A stretch of 64,000 nucleotides of DNA from Trichoplax adhaerens (taxonomy: Eukaryota; Animalia; Placozoa). The DNA lies in assembly GCF_000150275.1 (NCBI RefSeq), contig NW_002060946.1, positions 5,618,597 through 5,682,596 of the forward strand, given 5' to 3'. Positions 1 through 13,518 of this stretch are shown piece after piece; the stretch's first letter is position 1; each line of letters opens with the position of its first letter. Position numbers and translations under genes: made by a program. A model generated the notes under the pieces. The model worked only from the letters and a program-made list of their open reading frames with translations, did no database searches and was not told the origin of the DNA.

Positions 1-3000
1 CGTCCTATGGCCGTTATAACTGGCTGAAAAATGACCAGAATCATAATTGGCATGCGATTGGACTACAGAGGTTGGATTCGTTGCTATTGCCTCCTGATTT
101 TCACCCATATTGAGTAGATGATCATTCTTCGTTATAGAATCGTCCTGATGACTTTGGTTATCACGATAGCCGTTAGCATGTGTGTTTAAAAATGGATTCC
201 CATATTGATTAGAATTATATTCTACTGATTTCTCGCTGAGACTTCCTTTTCCATCAGGAAGCGTGTTCTTACCTTCATTAAAATTAGCATGACTGATATC
301 TCGGTTATGAAGATGATGATTATCGTTCTTGATACTTATAAATGGATTATGATGATACTGTTGGCTAGAGAAATATTCGACATGGGTTGTCCTAACAGGA
401 TCATTTCCGTTGGTGATGGAGTTCATTTCGCTCTCTTCTATTTTCGCTGTCATGATCGATGATGGAGCAGGATCATGTTTTTCTACCATCGGTAAATGCA
501 AGTTTGCAGCTTGATAAGTATCTTGTGTTGTCGTTGATGATGGTCCTATAGCATTGCTAGGAGCTTGGTCATCCATATTAAAACTGTTGGTTAACGAATG
601 GAATGCAACTTCGGTATCTCTTAAACTACCGGATAATAATTTATTCTCTCGCCTTAAGTCATCGAGACGAATTTCAATTTCTTTCAACTTGGTGGATTCT
701 CTTGACAAGGTAGATAGATCCGTATCCAATGTTTGATTGAAATGATTATCATCATTTCCTTGGCCGTTAACTAAATGAGAATGATTTACAGGTGATGAAG
801 GGAGGCTATCCGTAGGTTCCAAATCTTGATGATTTAAATTAGGATCCAATGTAGTCGCTACTGTTGATGATTGTATTGGAGCAACGTTGTTTTCACCATC
901 GTTTTGATGATCGAATAAAAGTTGATTCTTTCGGTGTAATTGGCCGTTCTCCAATTCTAACTGATCTAATTCATCTTTAATTTGCGATACATAGGATTGC
1001 ATTTGTTCAGCACTATCTAATTGTTGATGTAATTGATTATTTTCCTGTAATATCTCATTTAATTGAACCTTAAATTGCATCCCTTCATGGCGTAAACTTT
1101 CTACTTCATGCAATGCTTCCCTTAATTGATCATTCTCTTGCTGTAATTTAGCCATTTTATCTGTTATAGTTACCTTAAAATCTTGCTGAACTTCCATTAA
1201 TTCTTGCTTAACAACATGGAAATCGTCCAACTTTGTCTGTAAGATCGTATTTTCACGGACTAACCGTTGAATTTGATCTTCATAAAAGTCTTTATTTTTC
1301 TTCATCATTTCCCATTCATCGCGTATTTTATCGACTTCAAAGTCTTGATTTTGACGATTTTGTTGCGTACAACGTTGTAAATTTTCTTCTAGTTTAATCA
1401 ATTTCTCTTTAAGTAGGATATTTTGTTTTCCCAACTCCAACTGAATTTCTTTTTCACTACCTAATTGTTGATTTAATCGTTGTATCCGTTGTTCTAATTG
1501 CGATTGCTTAGCAATCCAATCCTCTTTCTCTTTTTTTACCTTGATTAATTCAATCTGTTGCTCATCAAATTGGTGTTGCAATTCTAATTTACCATGATAT
1601 TGATTTAATGTCGATAGAGGTTGAAGTTTATCGTAGCCGATGGAAGTGTTGTTTTCTATAATAGCAGTTGATTCTAAATGTTGTCGATTATCGACCGGTT
1701 TTACTTCAACATTATTCTCATAAAGTTGATGATTTTGTATACGATCATTCAATTCTAAATCGAGTTCTTGGGATGATATTAATAATTCTGTAACGCTATC
1801 TGGTTGATTAAAACGTTGCTTACTGGCATGCAATTGTTTCTCTAGTTTTTCCAATTCTTGTTGGACTTTTCGGCTTTCATTTTCAATTAAATAACGGCTA
1901 TCATGATGACTATCATGTAATGTAGAAGTTCCATTGGGTTCATTCGAGCCATCCTGTCCAACTCGATTCAATAGAGGATAGGAAGAATCGACTTTTGAAT
2001 CAGCCATATTTTGATACTGCGAAAGTTGATTAGCATGTCCATTTATCTTTGAAGCTAGAGCCTGTTCATCATCATTATTATCTGCTGATTTTACAGCTTG
2101 AGCTGGCTCTGACATTGGAGTTCGCTCACCATATGGCTTGCTATGACTATCCTATAGGACAGAGTGGAATATAAATCGTTGATGCTTAATAGAAACAGAC
2201 AGTTAATTTAACAAGTGTATACGAAATAGAAAGGTAATCGCTCACAGATAATTTGGAGTACAAACTTCTAATGTAATCAAATTTTAATAGAAATTTGAGT
2301 CTTTGTTCTACTATTTCGAAGATATTTTATTACAAGGCCATTTCTAGTTATCCGTCTCAAAGAAATTCCTTAAATATGATATACCGTACGACAGGCATAG
2401 GTCAACATTGATCGCTAAGTTAATGCTTACTCTTGAGATGCCTAACCATTTCATCCGTTGAATAGAAAGATTTTTATTTTATTAAAAGCATTTAAGCTCT
2501 TGCTGATAACGATACGTTTCTCTTATGAGCTGGCATTAATAGCTAAGTTTACTTGCTCTCACAGGGCAATTATCAGCTTCAGTCATTAAATAGAAAGATT
2601 TTTATTTCAGCTATGCTGATTGAACTACAGCATGCTGCTATTAAGTTCGGCGGTCGAATTAATACCTTGCATAAGGATATACTACAACTACTATAGGCAT
2701 GGATCAACATTGATTGCTGATTTAATGTGCACTCATGGAATGGTTATCACTTTCAGTTGTTAAATAAACAGATTCTTAATTTATCTACAGTAATTAAACT
2801 ACAGTAGGAACGTTGCTATCAGTCTAGTAATCGAATTCATACCTTAGATATAAATATATACCACAAGTACTATGGGCATGGGTCGACATTTGACTGCTAA
2901 TTTAATGTACACTCATGGGATGATTATCACTTTCAGTAGTTCAATAGAATGATTCTTAATTCAACTTAAGTGATTAAATTACAGTAGGTATGTTGCTATT

Positions 3001-6000
3001 AGGCCCAGTAATCGAATGGATACCTTCAATATAGATATACCATGAGTACCATAGGCATAGGTCGACATTGATTGCTAATTTAATGTACACTCATGGGATA
3101 ATTATCACTTTCAGTCTTTCAATAGAAAGATTCTCATTTCATCGAAAGCGATTCAACTAGAGTAAGCATATTTCTATTAGGCCGGCAATCAAATTCTATT
3201 GCTAATTAACTAATTAATAGACTGATTCTAGTAAAAATAAATATGATCATAGCTATCTGTACGACCAAGATATTCAGATTGAAAACTGCATGTTATAGCT
3301 ACCTGATTTGATTTTTGAAAAGTTTCAAGTCGAGCATCTTTATAGAAGTGAATACGCTGATGTAGAGTCTGCAATATGTTGAAGAGTTCAAGTTGTAGAA
3401 AAGCATTAGATCAGTGATAGACAAGAGAGGCAATCTACCCTACCAATCCAATTCAATTATTAACCTTCTTACTCCTATAGCCTTACTCGGCAACTGCTAA
3501 AAGTACCCTACATACCTTTAGAGCTTCACTAGTGACTTCATCTTTATTAATGTCGTTCATTTTAACTAAATATTGCAAAGGAGAATTTTATTGCTAACGA
3601 TTTGAACATTGAGTACTTGCCTAAACGAAATATTACCTTTGGATGGAGCTGATGTCGTTTTTAGTTGATTACGTAGAGGCTTAGTGAGATGGTTTAGTTC
3701 CGTCCATGATGAGTTATTTCTTGTTTTTATTTCATATTTATTGCGTCCCTTATTTGAATTAGAAAAAATATAAAGATTAACTTATAGGAGGATCAATTAG
3801 CCCAATTTGAATTAAGTGCCTACTTCAGCTATGGAGTCTTTTACTTGTTTTTCCTTCGTTAAGTTATCTTCTTCCACCTATAGATTTATGCATATTAGAT
3901 CAGGTATTCGATTTATAATTAGGTGAAAATATATAAAGTAAAGAGCAAAGAGTAAGTAGTTCGATTTCTAACCCGGTGTTTTAGCAATGCTAAGAAAATA
4001 AGTAGGATATGTTCGTCAGCCTTTCCTTGGAGAATATCACTGGGTCTAGAAGTATAGTGCTAGCAAGGTTAAGACTATCGTACTAATTAAAAACAATATA
4101 AATTCATTGATTATAGTGGTATATAAAATATCTAAAAAATAGTTTAGCTTAAAACGGTACTATGAGAAGTATTTTATTTAAATTGATTGACTTCCTACAA
4201 ATCTTACTGGATTAACTTCAAATTCAACGATATAAATCCCTCATATTATTACACTACCCGACTTTAAGGTTATTGATTGCTTCAAAACCTTATTAGGTTA
4301 ACTTCAATATCAATGATAGAAATATCCTAGTAGTATACATTATTTATGCTCATTAGCTACTTTAAAGTACTATTTAATTGATTTCAATTTCAATGACTGA
4401 AACTTGCCCATGTCGTAGTTAGGTTCATGAGTTACTGTAAAAATTTAACTTGATTAATGCGAATATTCCTGTGGCATCATCACACTTTATTTATTTCAGA
4501 TAGTTAAGTTAGGGATAGGTAAATGATAATGAATTAGTTACGCATTAAAAGGTTTTTATAATTTGGGTTTAGTCTTACCGAATTAAATTATTAGGTATCC
4601 CCAGTTGATTTTCAGCAGCTTCTATTACGCTGGTAAAATGGCGCAATTTATCATTCGGCTATAGTAAGATGGCGATTGTGAATGACAGCATAAGTATCAG
4701 TAGCCGAGATTTCATTCTTAATTAATGTATAACTACAGTATCTTGAGTTCATGTAGTATCAGTTCTAGGAGTTATTAATTGTAAAATATTCAATAAAATT
4801 GAGAAATGTATCTATAGTTTAATTTGCAAGCATACCGAACCACCATAAGAATCGGCCGTAGACGATGGTAGTTTACAATATTTTTGAATCACTCCAGCTA
4901 AAAGTTTCCCGTCTTGATAACTAAAAGCCAAAATTAAATTCATAAATGAAGATTGATCATGATGTAAATCTATTAATTTATTAATGCAGCTCAAGGTAAT
5001 TTTAGTAATTGATTTTAATGTAGCTGTTTATTATTTTTATGAAAATATTACCATTTTACGAATGGTGTTCTCTTCATATCCAATTTATCCGTTATATTTA
5101 ACTGATCGCGACACCACTTGGTTAATTTTTTCATGGCCTGGGCTGTTGTGCGTAAGTAAGTCGTAGAATCTGTGGGTTTAGGCAAGAACGAATTAAATTA
5201 AAATGCGATTTGGTTCTATGAATTTAAAAATGTGTTGTTTTTATCGGATTTGCTAATCTTAGGATCTTATAAGAAGCGGCATAAAATTTGTTGACGATAT
5301 CCATGACTGAGATAACCCAGTCATTATTATACAAGTATAAAGCTGATCATTTGTAATAACTAATAGCCAATGCTAGCTCTTTTGATCGCTAGCATGTAAG
5401 GTAGATGTGAAAGTACATGTAGTCGGAAAATAGCACGATAATCGGGATTACTTCAACATTTTTAAGTAATTTATTTAATCTATTAACTATCAATTTAGCG
5501 TGAAAGTCCTTGGATAACACCATAAGCTACATTCTGTAACATTATATTCCTTTTAAGAATATTAGTTTATGTGTAACATGAAATATCGGTAAGAGTAGGC
5601 AACTCAATATGAAAGTACGGAAATATCCCTGACTACTGGGTAACAACGAATAGTTAAATCTGCTTAAACTAGGTAAAAACATAGCTAGAAATATTACAAT
5701 AGGAACCAAATTTAAACTAAACCTTGCTAGGCAAAAATAGAGTGATAAATTTATATAACATGAGTATAGGAGCACACTGCAAACGAACGCATTCTACTAT
5801 CAGCAATTAGACGTTAGAACAGAGAGTTATTTACCGTTTCCATGGACATCAAAATGGATAAATATTGCCCATAATATGCTTAAAATGGATCTAATATCAC
5901 CTTTAACAATGTCTACAATAAATAAAATAATGGCCAATAATTAATATCCCAAGTGATTTTAATTAGGATTTTAAGGCGGAGTACACAAGAATAAGCATAA

Positions 6001-9000
6001 ATTAAATTACTTACCTTCAGGTTTTGTGGTTAATTTGATTCCACAATTTTTCATAAACTCCAATAATATAGCGACATTATTAATTTGAGACATGACTGAT
6101 TGTGATTGCTAGCAGTGAGAAAGACTGATTTAGCTATTCAGCTGATAAAAACTGAAATAATATAAGTTTTAATGCCGTAATTATTTTTCCTATGCTGTTC
6201 CAACCTGGACTTTATGCAATAATTGATGATTGGATGTCAATTCAATCAAATGACATAATAAAATTCCATCGCAAAAGTCATGTTGGATCTTTTTGATCTT
6301 TAGATCACGATTAGCCAAATGGAAGTTTGCCCATGTTAAATAGACCTAAATGAGATCCATAAGGCAATGAAATAGTTTACATTATTATACAGTATTAACT
6401 CTATTCTATACATTTTAGAGGACTTTTATTTTAAACTGAACTATATTACTTATTATCCTTCATTGTCTGAAAGCTTTAATAATGGCCTTTCATATCCAAA
6501 ATTAAAATTTTAAATGATTTGAAGTTATCAGAATAAATGATCGTTCATTCATAGCTTCATCTGTTAATAAAATTGTTCCGACCAATACACTATATTAAAT
6601 TTATTAACAAGCCAATCTTGGTGAGGGAATGAATCGGAAATAATCCTCAAAATATGTGTAATTACAATGCTAACGAATGGGAAGATAAGAGCATAATTCT
6701 TAAAATGATCTATTTTGCTAGCAGTTTTAATTTAACTTTATAATTACTAAGGTATGAAATCAAGTCTGAAGGTATAAGTTTATACAGAAGTGAATCGAAG
6801 ATATTTGAGATTTTCGTAGCCCATATAAACTTCTTACGAATTACTAATCCTTATAAAATATTATAATTTTACTCTTGATGGTGATGAATGGAATAAAAAG
6901 AGTAATTAACAAATAAGTAATTTGTCTCTATTAGCATCGGAAGCTGGAGACTAAAGTAGTATAATGTTAATATTTGAATATAGGTATAAGCTCGTTTGAA
7001 AGTTAATCGAATATATTTAAAATTTTTAGAGGACGTGTACAGTCCCTACAAACAAATAGTCACCGTAATGTTTACGACGATAGATAGGATTAGTGAAGGG
7101 ATAATTTTACTTTTAATATCACGAGAAATAGAACAGTAAAGTAGAATAATATCAAAACTAAAAGTGTAATATTGTATAAAAGTCGATCGAATATATTTGA
7201 GATAGCATGCATTAAGTCCGTACAACTTACTCATCGTCGTAAAATATTTTTTTAATCTACTTTATGATGATAGGTAGCATTCATGAACGGATAATTTTAT
7301 TTCTTTCACCATGAGAAATAAGAGAATAATACATTTATAATCTTAAAGCTGAATATGTATAAGTATAAGACTGACAACAGTCAATCGAATGTAACTGAGG
7401 ATTTTTGATGGCCTTCGTATGAGTTAATAAATATAGTTGAAATATCTTTAAGATATACTTGATGATAGATAGAATTAATGGAGAAACAACTTTGTTTCTA
7501 TCAGCATTAGAACTAAGAAAATAAAGTAATATGACGTTAAAGCTGATGTACAACAATCAACTTGTACATTAGTCAATAGGATCTATTTGTAAATTTCTAG
7601 CATACGTGTATGTACAGTTCTTACGAATAATTAATCTTCGTAATCTATTTTAAAGTTTATAATACAATGATTGGTGGAATTAATGAAGGAATAATTTTAT
7701 ATCTTTTTAGTCTAAGCGGCAGAATATGAGAAATTGACAGTATTGTAAATGGTAAGTAGATTGATTGAATATTAAGGTCTTTAAATCCATAATCATGGTA
7801 ATCAAGGAACTACTACATTTATAACTTAAGGATACTGAGATAAAATTAGGTTCATTTAGGATATTTATGTAGCAAAGACATGAATGTCTTTTCGTAAAAT
7901 TTCTATCATAATCTGCATAGAAAGGCGAAAATTAGAAGAATCACTCTTCTAAATTCTATTCGTTATTAATATAACATGATGGAGGGACTTTCCTCTAGTT
8001 GGATGTTTGTAAATATACAATCTACTCATTCACTGAAATAGATACTACTTTCTACCCTTCTGATCTTTACTTTTCGCCGCTGCTGTTCGTAGAGGCAATG
8101 CAGCGTAGAGAATATACTCAGCCCATGAATTAATCGACATGATTATTTGGTAAACATTATTTTAGGCTATCAATTCACGATTCTCAATTCATAATCTATT
8201 TTAGTGTCATCTCTTAATGTTCTCGAAGACAGGAAAATTATCACCATGCAAGCTAATGATATTTATGATGCTATCTACAGTAGTTTGAGTTTCCCAGCAA
8301 TATTTTTATGGCGGACAGTTTAAGGTATATCTACACTAGTATTATCGTGATTGATTTAATAAAGTTGTCAACTTTGTCATAATCTGCTAAATTTACTATT
8401 TATAGTATTCCCCAAAAAGAACAAAATAGAATAGCCAAAATAGTCGGATCATTTTATCTTTATGCCAAGGATTAATTGTTATTCGATCATGAATATATTG
8501 ACATTTCAAATACTCTCTATGGTTAACTGCTAGGATAGTACTACAGTAACAAGTTGAAAGAGTGCAAAATTTGATTCCCATGTCGTAGTAGATCATCGAC
8601 AATTCGAGTGTTTTGTTTCCTTTTTAACTGTAGTAAGCATAAACTGTTCCAATCAGCGCTAGCTATATCAATAATTTGTAACATTGGAATAATGATGTGC
8701 CTCGACATGATTTCAGAAACGAAATTCAATCACGCTCACTACCATGTCAAGGTACGAATGCAATTAAATCTATTGCAATGATGGCAAAAATATGAAGAAA
8801 ATAAAACGTATTTCAATCATCAAAGCTGCAGTAGGATAAATTCAATCCGAAGAATAATAATGGGCATTAGCTCTTGAGTTGTTTAAGGTTACCATGTCCA
8901 TTGATTTCATGGTAGTAACTAAATCATTTGGTAACCTCCGATTGCAGCTGTAAATGGATTGGCTTACCTCTGTTAAAGTTTGATATTTTTTCGGTCTAGT

Positions 9001-9009
9001 ATTAGCCAT
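1..9009 (-). CDS. Tandem calponin-homology (CH1-CH2 actin-binding type) protein with long coiled-coil region; multi-exon, 3' end beyond the window
   Basis: In-phase GT-AG exons: 8968-9009 MANTRPKKYQTLTE; 6205-6345 VYLTWANFHLANRDLKIKKIQHDFCDGILLCHLIEL; then NNVAILLEFMKNCGIKL and DIVKGDIRSILSILWAIFIHF (CH1). CH2 is LTKWCRDQL, YQDGKLLAGVIQKYC, AAENQLGIPNNLI, DEHILLIFLALL. The large exon 1-2151 is open and Q/E/L/K-rich (e.g. LEQRIQRLNQQLGSEKEIQLELGKQNILLKENLIKLEENLQ). Confidence 0.85.
2390..3190. repeat. Degenerate intronic tandem repeat, ~180 bp unit
   Basis: Motif ggcat(a/g)ggtc(a/g)acattga..gctaatttaatgtacactcatgg recurs at ~2394, 2696, 2875, 3054. Confidence 0.75.
6740..7720. repeat. Highly degenerate intronic tandem repeat, ~190-200 bp unit
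   Basis: gt.aatcgaa.atatttgaga-like motif at ~6790, 7001, 7182, 7380, 7572. Confidence 0.55.
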
Positions 9010-10859
9010 CTTAGAATATCCAGTCTAGCAAGGCGATGATTAATCTAGTAAATTAACAAAATTGTATTGAACCAATTGATAATAGTAAAACCTATGCAGA
9101 TGGAATAATTTTAATCATGATTGCACATTCGTTATTGTCTAACGAACAAAAACATATCAGCTTTAAATCCATCAACTTTACTCGTTCTTAAAATTGCAGT
9201 TAGTACATTGAACTAGAATCTATTCAATTTCATGGATACATTAAATAACTATAGATAATTTTATTCAAAATCGAATAGAGTTATTATTCACCTTCGATGG
9301 ACGCCAGTAATCAATCTGTCCCTGTCTCTCTTTTTCTGTCAATGTCTTTCTACTTTGTTCAAATGGGTAGCAAAATGGCTATCGGTAATAATAAAAGTAA
9401 TGCTTGCTTTAATAATGTTGAAAAAAGTAACGGATTTACTTGGATAATACTATTTTCTCGTTATGAACCTTTCAAAGTTGATTTGCTGTTAAAGATCTGA
9501 AATCATTATTAACGGATTACTAGGATGGGCAAATTCTTACTGGACTTTTTATTCAATATCGAGATGCGAACATACGTTAATCAAGCATCTTAATCAATTT
9601 GTTAGCGTAGTTTGTGGGGTGTTACCTATTCTAATTTGACACTAGCTAGCTAGCAGTTATTACAGATAGGACAAGAGCCAATTCTGCTCCGTCAAACTAT
9701 TATTTAATTAGCTTTTTATCTGCTGTTAGACGCATTAGAATCATAATAACGATGATGGTTGAAATTGCTTTATAAACCTGATTACTATTCCATTCTAGAG
9801 CATGGAAACAATACTTTTGTCATTCTAATCGATTTGAACTATTGTCTATTTTCATCAAGGATAATAATAGTATCGTCCCTTATGCGAAGTTTTGTTCATC
9901 ATTTTTGCATATAATTTATGCTATTGATGGAAACTGTAGGACGCTAATCCTGCTTAGTATAATAAATCAGAGTAGAAGATAAAAGACTAAATATTATCGA
10001 GGATTGCTATGGATGATGATTATTTTTATTCTTTGCATAATTTTTTTATTCTAACATTTGCTTCCGTTCCAAGTTACATGATGATGTATGGATAGAATTG
10101 GTAGAAGTTTATATATTATTATGAGGGAACAATGCAGATGCTATATATTACTATAAATCTATTGAAAGAAGAGAGAAATAGAGGAAACAGTAACTAATTT
10201 GTTGTTTTATAATCGGTTGGACTAGAAAAGCTGATGGAAACAATATGAAGAACAATTTTAATCAAGTGAATAAATGATATTGACCAAGTCCAAATTAATT
10301 TGCATAATAAATAAGTCAGCTCAGTAGTTAATCTATCGCTATTAATTTAAAAATTATTCCAGAGGTAAAAAATTATTCTACCTTGTTAAGATTAGGTAGA
10401 GTTAAGTTGACGTGTTCAATTATTCCATTGGGTCTTTACTACGTACTAGGGAAAGGATTAATTCTAGCATAATTTATAAATTGTTTACTATGAACACAAA
10501 CGTTCAAATGTTTTCCTTGCTTGTAAACAATTATATAACATAACATGTAGTGATATCCAGGTGTACATTAATAATTGTCAAAAGATTGATAGATGTACAC
10601 TCACCTGTCCATTCATTGAGTACTTTAGATTTGAAAGCAATTGCATCGTTTACAAATTTATGGGCTAAGGGGATGAATGTTGAAAATAAATCAAATAATG
10701 ATATTATAGACTTGTACTAGGGTTAAGAATTGATTTATGCTCAATGACTGATTTTCTTTTATTTAGTCTTGTAATTTATCCCTAGTGATAGTGTAGTAAA
10801 CAAGTGCATAGGAAGAAATGAATATTCAATGTACATTTATATAATCACTCTATTTTATT

Positions 10860-11530
10860 ATTTACTCTTCCTTACTCATTGGTGGTGATTTAATGTAAGA
10901 TAGCAGGTAAATAGGTTGATAATTTTGAAAAATAAGCTAGCAGAACAGCATTTTTATTGCCTAATTTTCTACCATATTGATTCTACTTGTAAGCGATGGT
11001 TTAAATCTATTTGGTGTATGTAATACACATGTGTAAACATCTAACTTGAGACAGCAGGTCAATAGACGCATAGCTATTAAAAATAAACTGGCAGAAGAAA
11101 ATTTTGATTGCCCAACCTTTGACTATACTGATTACACGGGTAAATGATGATATAACTCGATGTGGTGTGTACTATGTAATATACGTGTGTATATGATGTA
11201 TATTACTCTTCTCTACTCACAGATGGTAATGTAAGACAGCAGGTAAATGAATGGATCACTTTTTAAAATAAACCGAGTAAACAGTATTTTTATTGCCTAA
11301 TTTTTAGCCCTACTGACTACACCCGCAAACAATGGTATTAATGTAGGTGGTGTGTATAATATTGCTTTTCTTTCCTCAATGATGGTGATGTAGTGAAAGA
11401 CAGCAAGTAAATGGACCCCTAACTTTTAAAAATAAAGTGGTAAAAGAGCATTTTTATTGGCCAATTTTTAGCTATTCTGATCATACTGGTAAGTGATGGT
11501 ATACAAGTAATTATATGTGGTGTGTATAAA
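10860..11530. repeat. Degenerate tandem repeat, ~150-180 bp unit
   Basis: aagacagcaggtaaat...aaaaataa...tttttattgcc.aattttt motif at ~10896, 11048, 11232, 11397. Confidence 0.65.
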
Positions 11531-11620
11531 TTTGCATTTATTGATGACAAGACTAAGATTTTCAATGTATCATTGTGTAGTCAGAAGATAATACTCAATA
11601 CTATTGTATAGTCGTTAATA

Positions 11621-11860
11621 AACAATTTTAAGAGCAACTTCTTTTACATAGCTATAATATATTTTTAAAACCGATGCCTATCGATACGATTTGCATATAC
11701 TGCTCAATTTTAATATCAATTTGTTGATGAGCAATTTTAAAGTCAAATTCTTTTACATAGTATAAGATATTTTGAAACCGATGCATATCGATGCGATTTG
11801 CATATACTGCTCAATTTTGATATCAATTTGTTGATGAGCAATTTTAAAGTCAAATTCTTC
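11621..11860. repeat. Tandem duplication, ~107 bp unit
   Basis: ccgatgc.tatcgat.cgatttgcatatactgctcaatttt.atatcaatttgttgatgagcaattttaaagtcaaattctt occurs twice (~11671 and ~11778). Confidence 0.8.
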
Positions 11861-12399
11861 TATATGTTTATTATTATTAACCCAATGTATAAGGATGGTG
11901 CATATTATACCTAATATTAATATACAGTTGGTAAAAAAACTTGAATACTCAACTCTTATGCATACTAATAATGAATTATCAATCTCGTGTATATCGATAG
12001 GATGTGGATATCCTACTCAATACCAGTATTGATTGATAAATCACTTTAGTATCCAATTGTTATTTAAACTGATAGTAAATGGAATATATATGGAAGTGAC
12101 GTGGATCTACTGCCCAATATGGATATAATAGAATGGCGTTAATAAATGATTTTAACAGTAAATTGTCGGCCATGTTGTATTGATTCTCAATTTCGTGTAG
12201 TGTATGTGGATGTAAGGTCAATGCCATATCCGATACTGCTATGATAAATATGCAGTCATTAAGAAAGATTTTCAATATCCAGTTGTCATGTACTGATTTA
12301 AAATGTAGTCTACGCGTATATGGATGTACTACTAGGTTTGGATTTGTATTTATTTGCACCAATTTGAGGATCCAAAGTCGGCCGCCATTAATGATTGCA

Positions 12400-13350
12400 G
12401 ATCATATCGATGACAAGAGTACAGTGTACAGTGCATGCAGTAACACTTTCGACCAGGCAGTATTGTACATTGTAGACTGTAGACTCGGTGGCAGGACGGA
12501 CTGTGTGACAAGGCATGATAGTGAGTGTAACTGTACAATGTACATGAGAATACCTGTACTGTAGAGATTACATTCAGGACGGACTACGTGACAAGGGCAT
12601 GGCTGTACAGTGTACAGTACAGTATGAACTCCTTTATACTGTAGTGAAGCTAAGAAATACTGTCAAGAAATACTGTACTGTCAAGAAATTTTGTAGACAT
12701 CACGTCCACCAGTCCAGCAATCCAGTACAGTCCGATCTGGTCACAATCGCTTTCCGTCCGACTGTACACTGTACTATACTGTAGTACTGTACACTGTACT
12801 GTACAGGACACAGTTTAACAGTACAGTACTGTAGTCTACAGTACTGTACAGTACACTCTACTATTTACAGTACTAACTGGAACAGTACCGTAAAAAGAAC
12901 CACTGTAGGACTATTCCCCTCACCTACTCAACTCTCATTCTACCGTACACGGTACAGTATAGGAATCAAGGACACGCTTGCGGTAGCGACTAGTAGCGAC
13001 TAGGGTGGAGGAAAAAAAAAAAATCACCACAATCAATGTCACCCATGACAATCGCTTGTGGCCGTCACTGTGGTCACGTTGTCATGACATTACTTTAGCC
13101 AGCGATGCGATACTGACGTCAGGCTACTGTATCATCAATGACTTTATTCTATCATATATCGTATGATGATCCAAGACAGCCAAACAAGGTATCCTTCGCT
13201 GGCAGAAAGAATGTCACCGATAAAGGAGCCCGAGGGCCATCCACGTGACGTCATCTCTTTGGCGCAGACGATAGGACTGACGTCGGTCGGACCATCCGCC
13301 TCTTGCTGTAGGTAAGTCGGTTGCATCACATTCTTTTCTAGGTCTCTTTC
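12400..13350. promoter_or_regulatory. Putative bidirectional promoter (CH gene / DEAD-box gene), GC-elevated with dense ACAGTAC/GTACTGT motifs
   Basis: Lies between divergently oriented genes; locally raised GC and CpG; many tacagta/tactgta copies at 12420-12960. Confidence 0.5.
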
Positions 13351-13518
13351 TACTCATCTTTGCTATTATTTCAAGGTAGCATTTGACAACCTGCAATCCA
13401 TTCGTGCAATTCCTCCTCCAGACGTCGTCATTGTAGAGGGAAAGATTGCAGCCATTATAGCTTTAGCATTACAAGGAATTGTCTTATTGGATCAACTAAC
13501 TGTAAACGACAGAAGAAA

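Noticed and set aside
13138-13341. Upstream ATGs and a gtaagt donor before the helicase
   Set aside because: Could not be joined convincingly to the helicase frame; more likely a 5' UTR exon or uORFs
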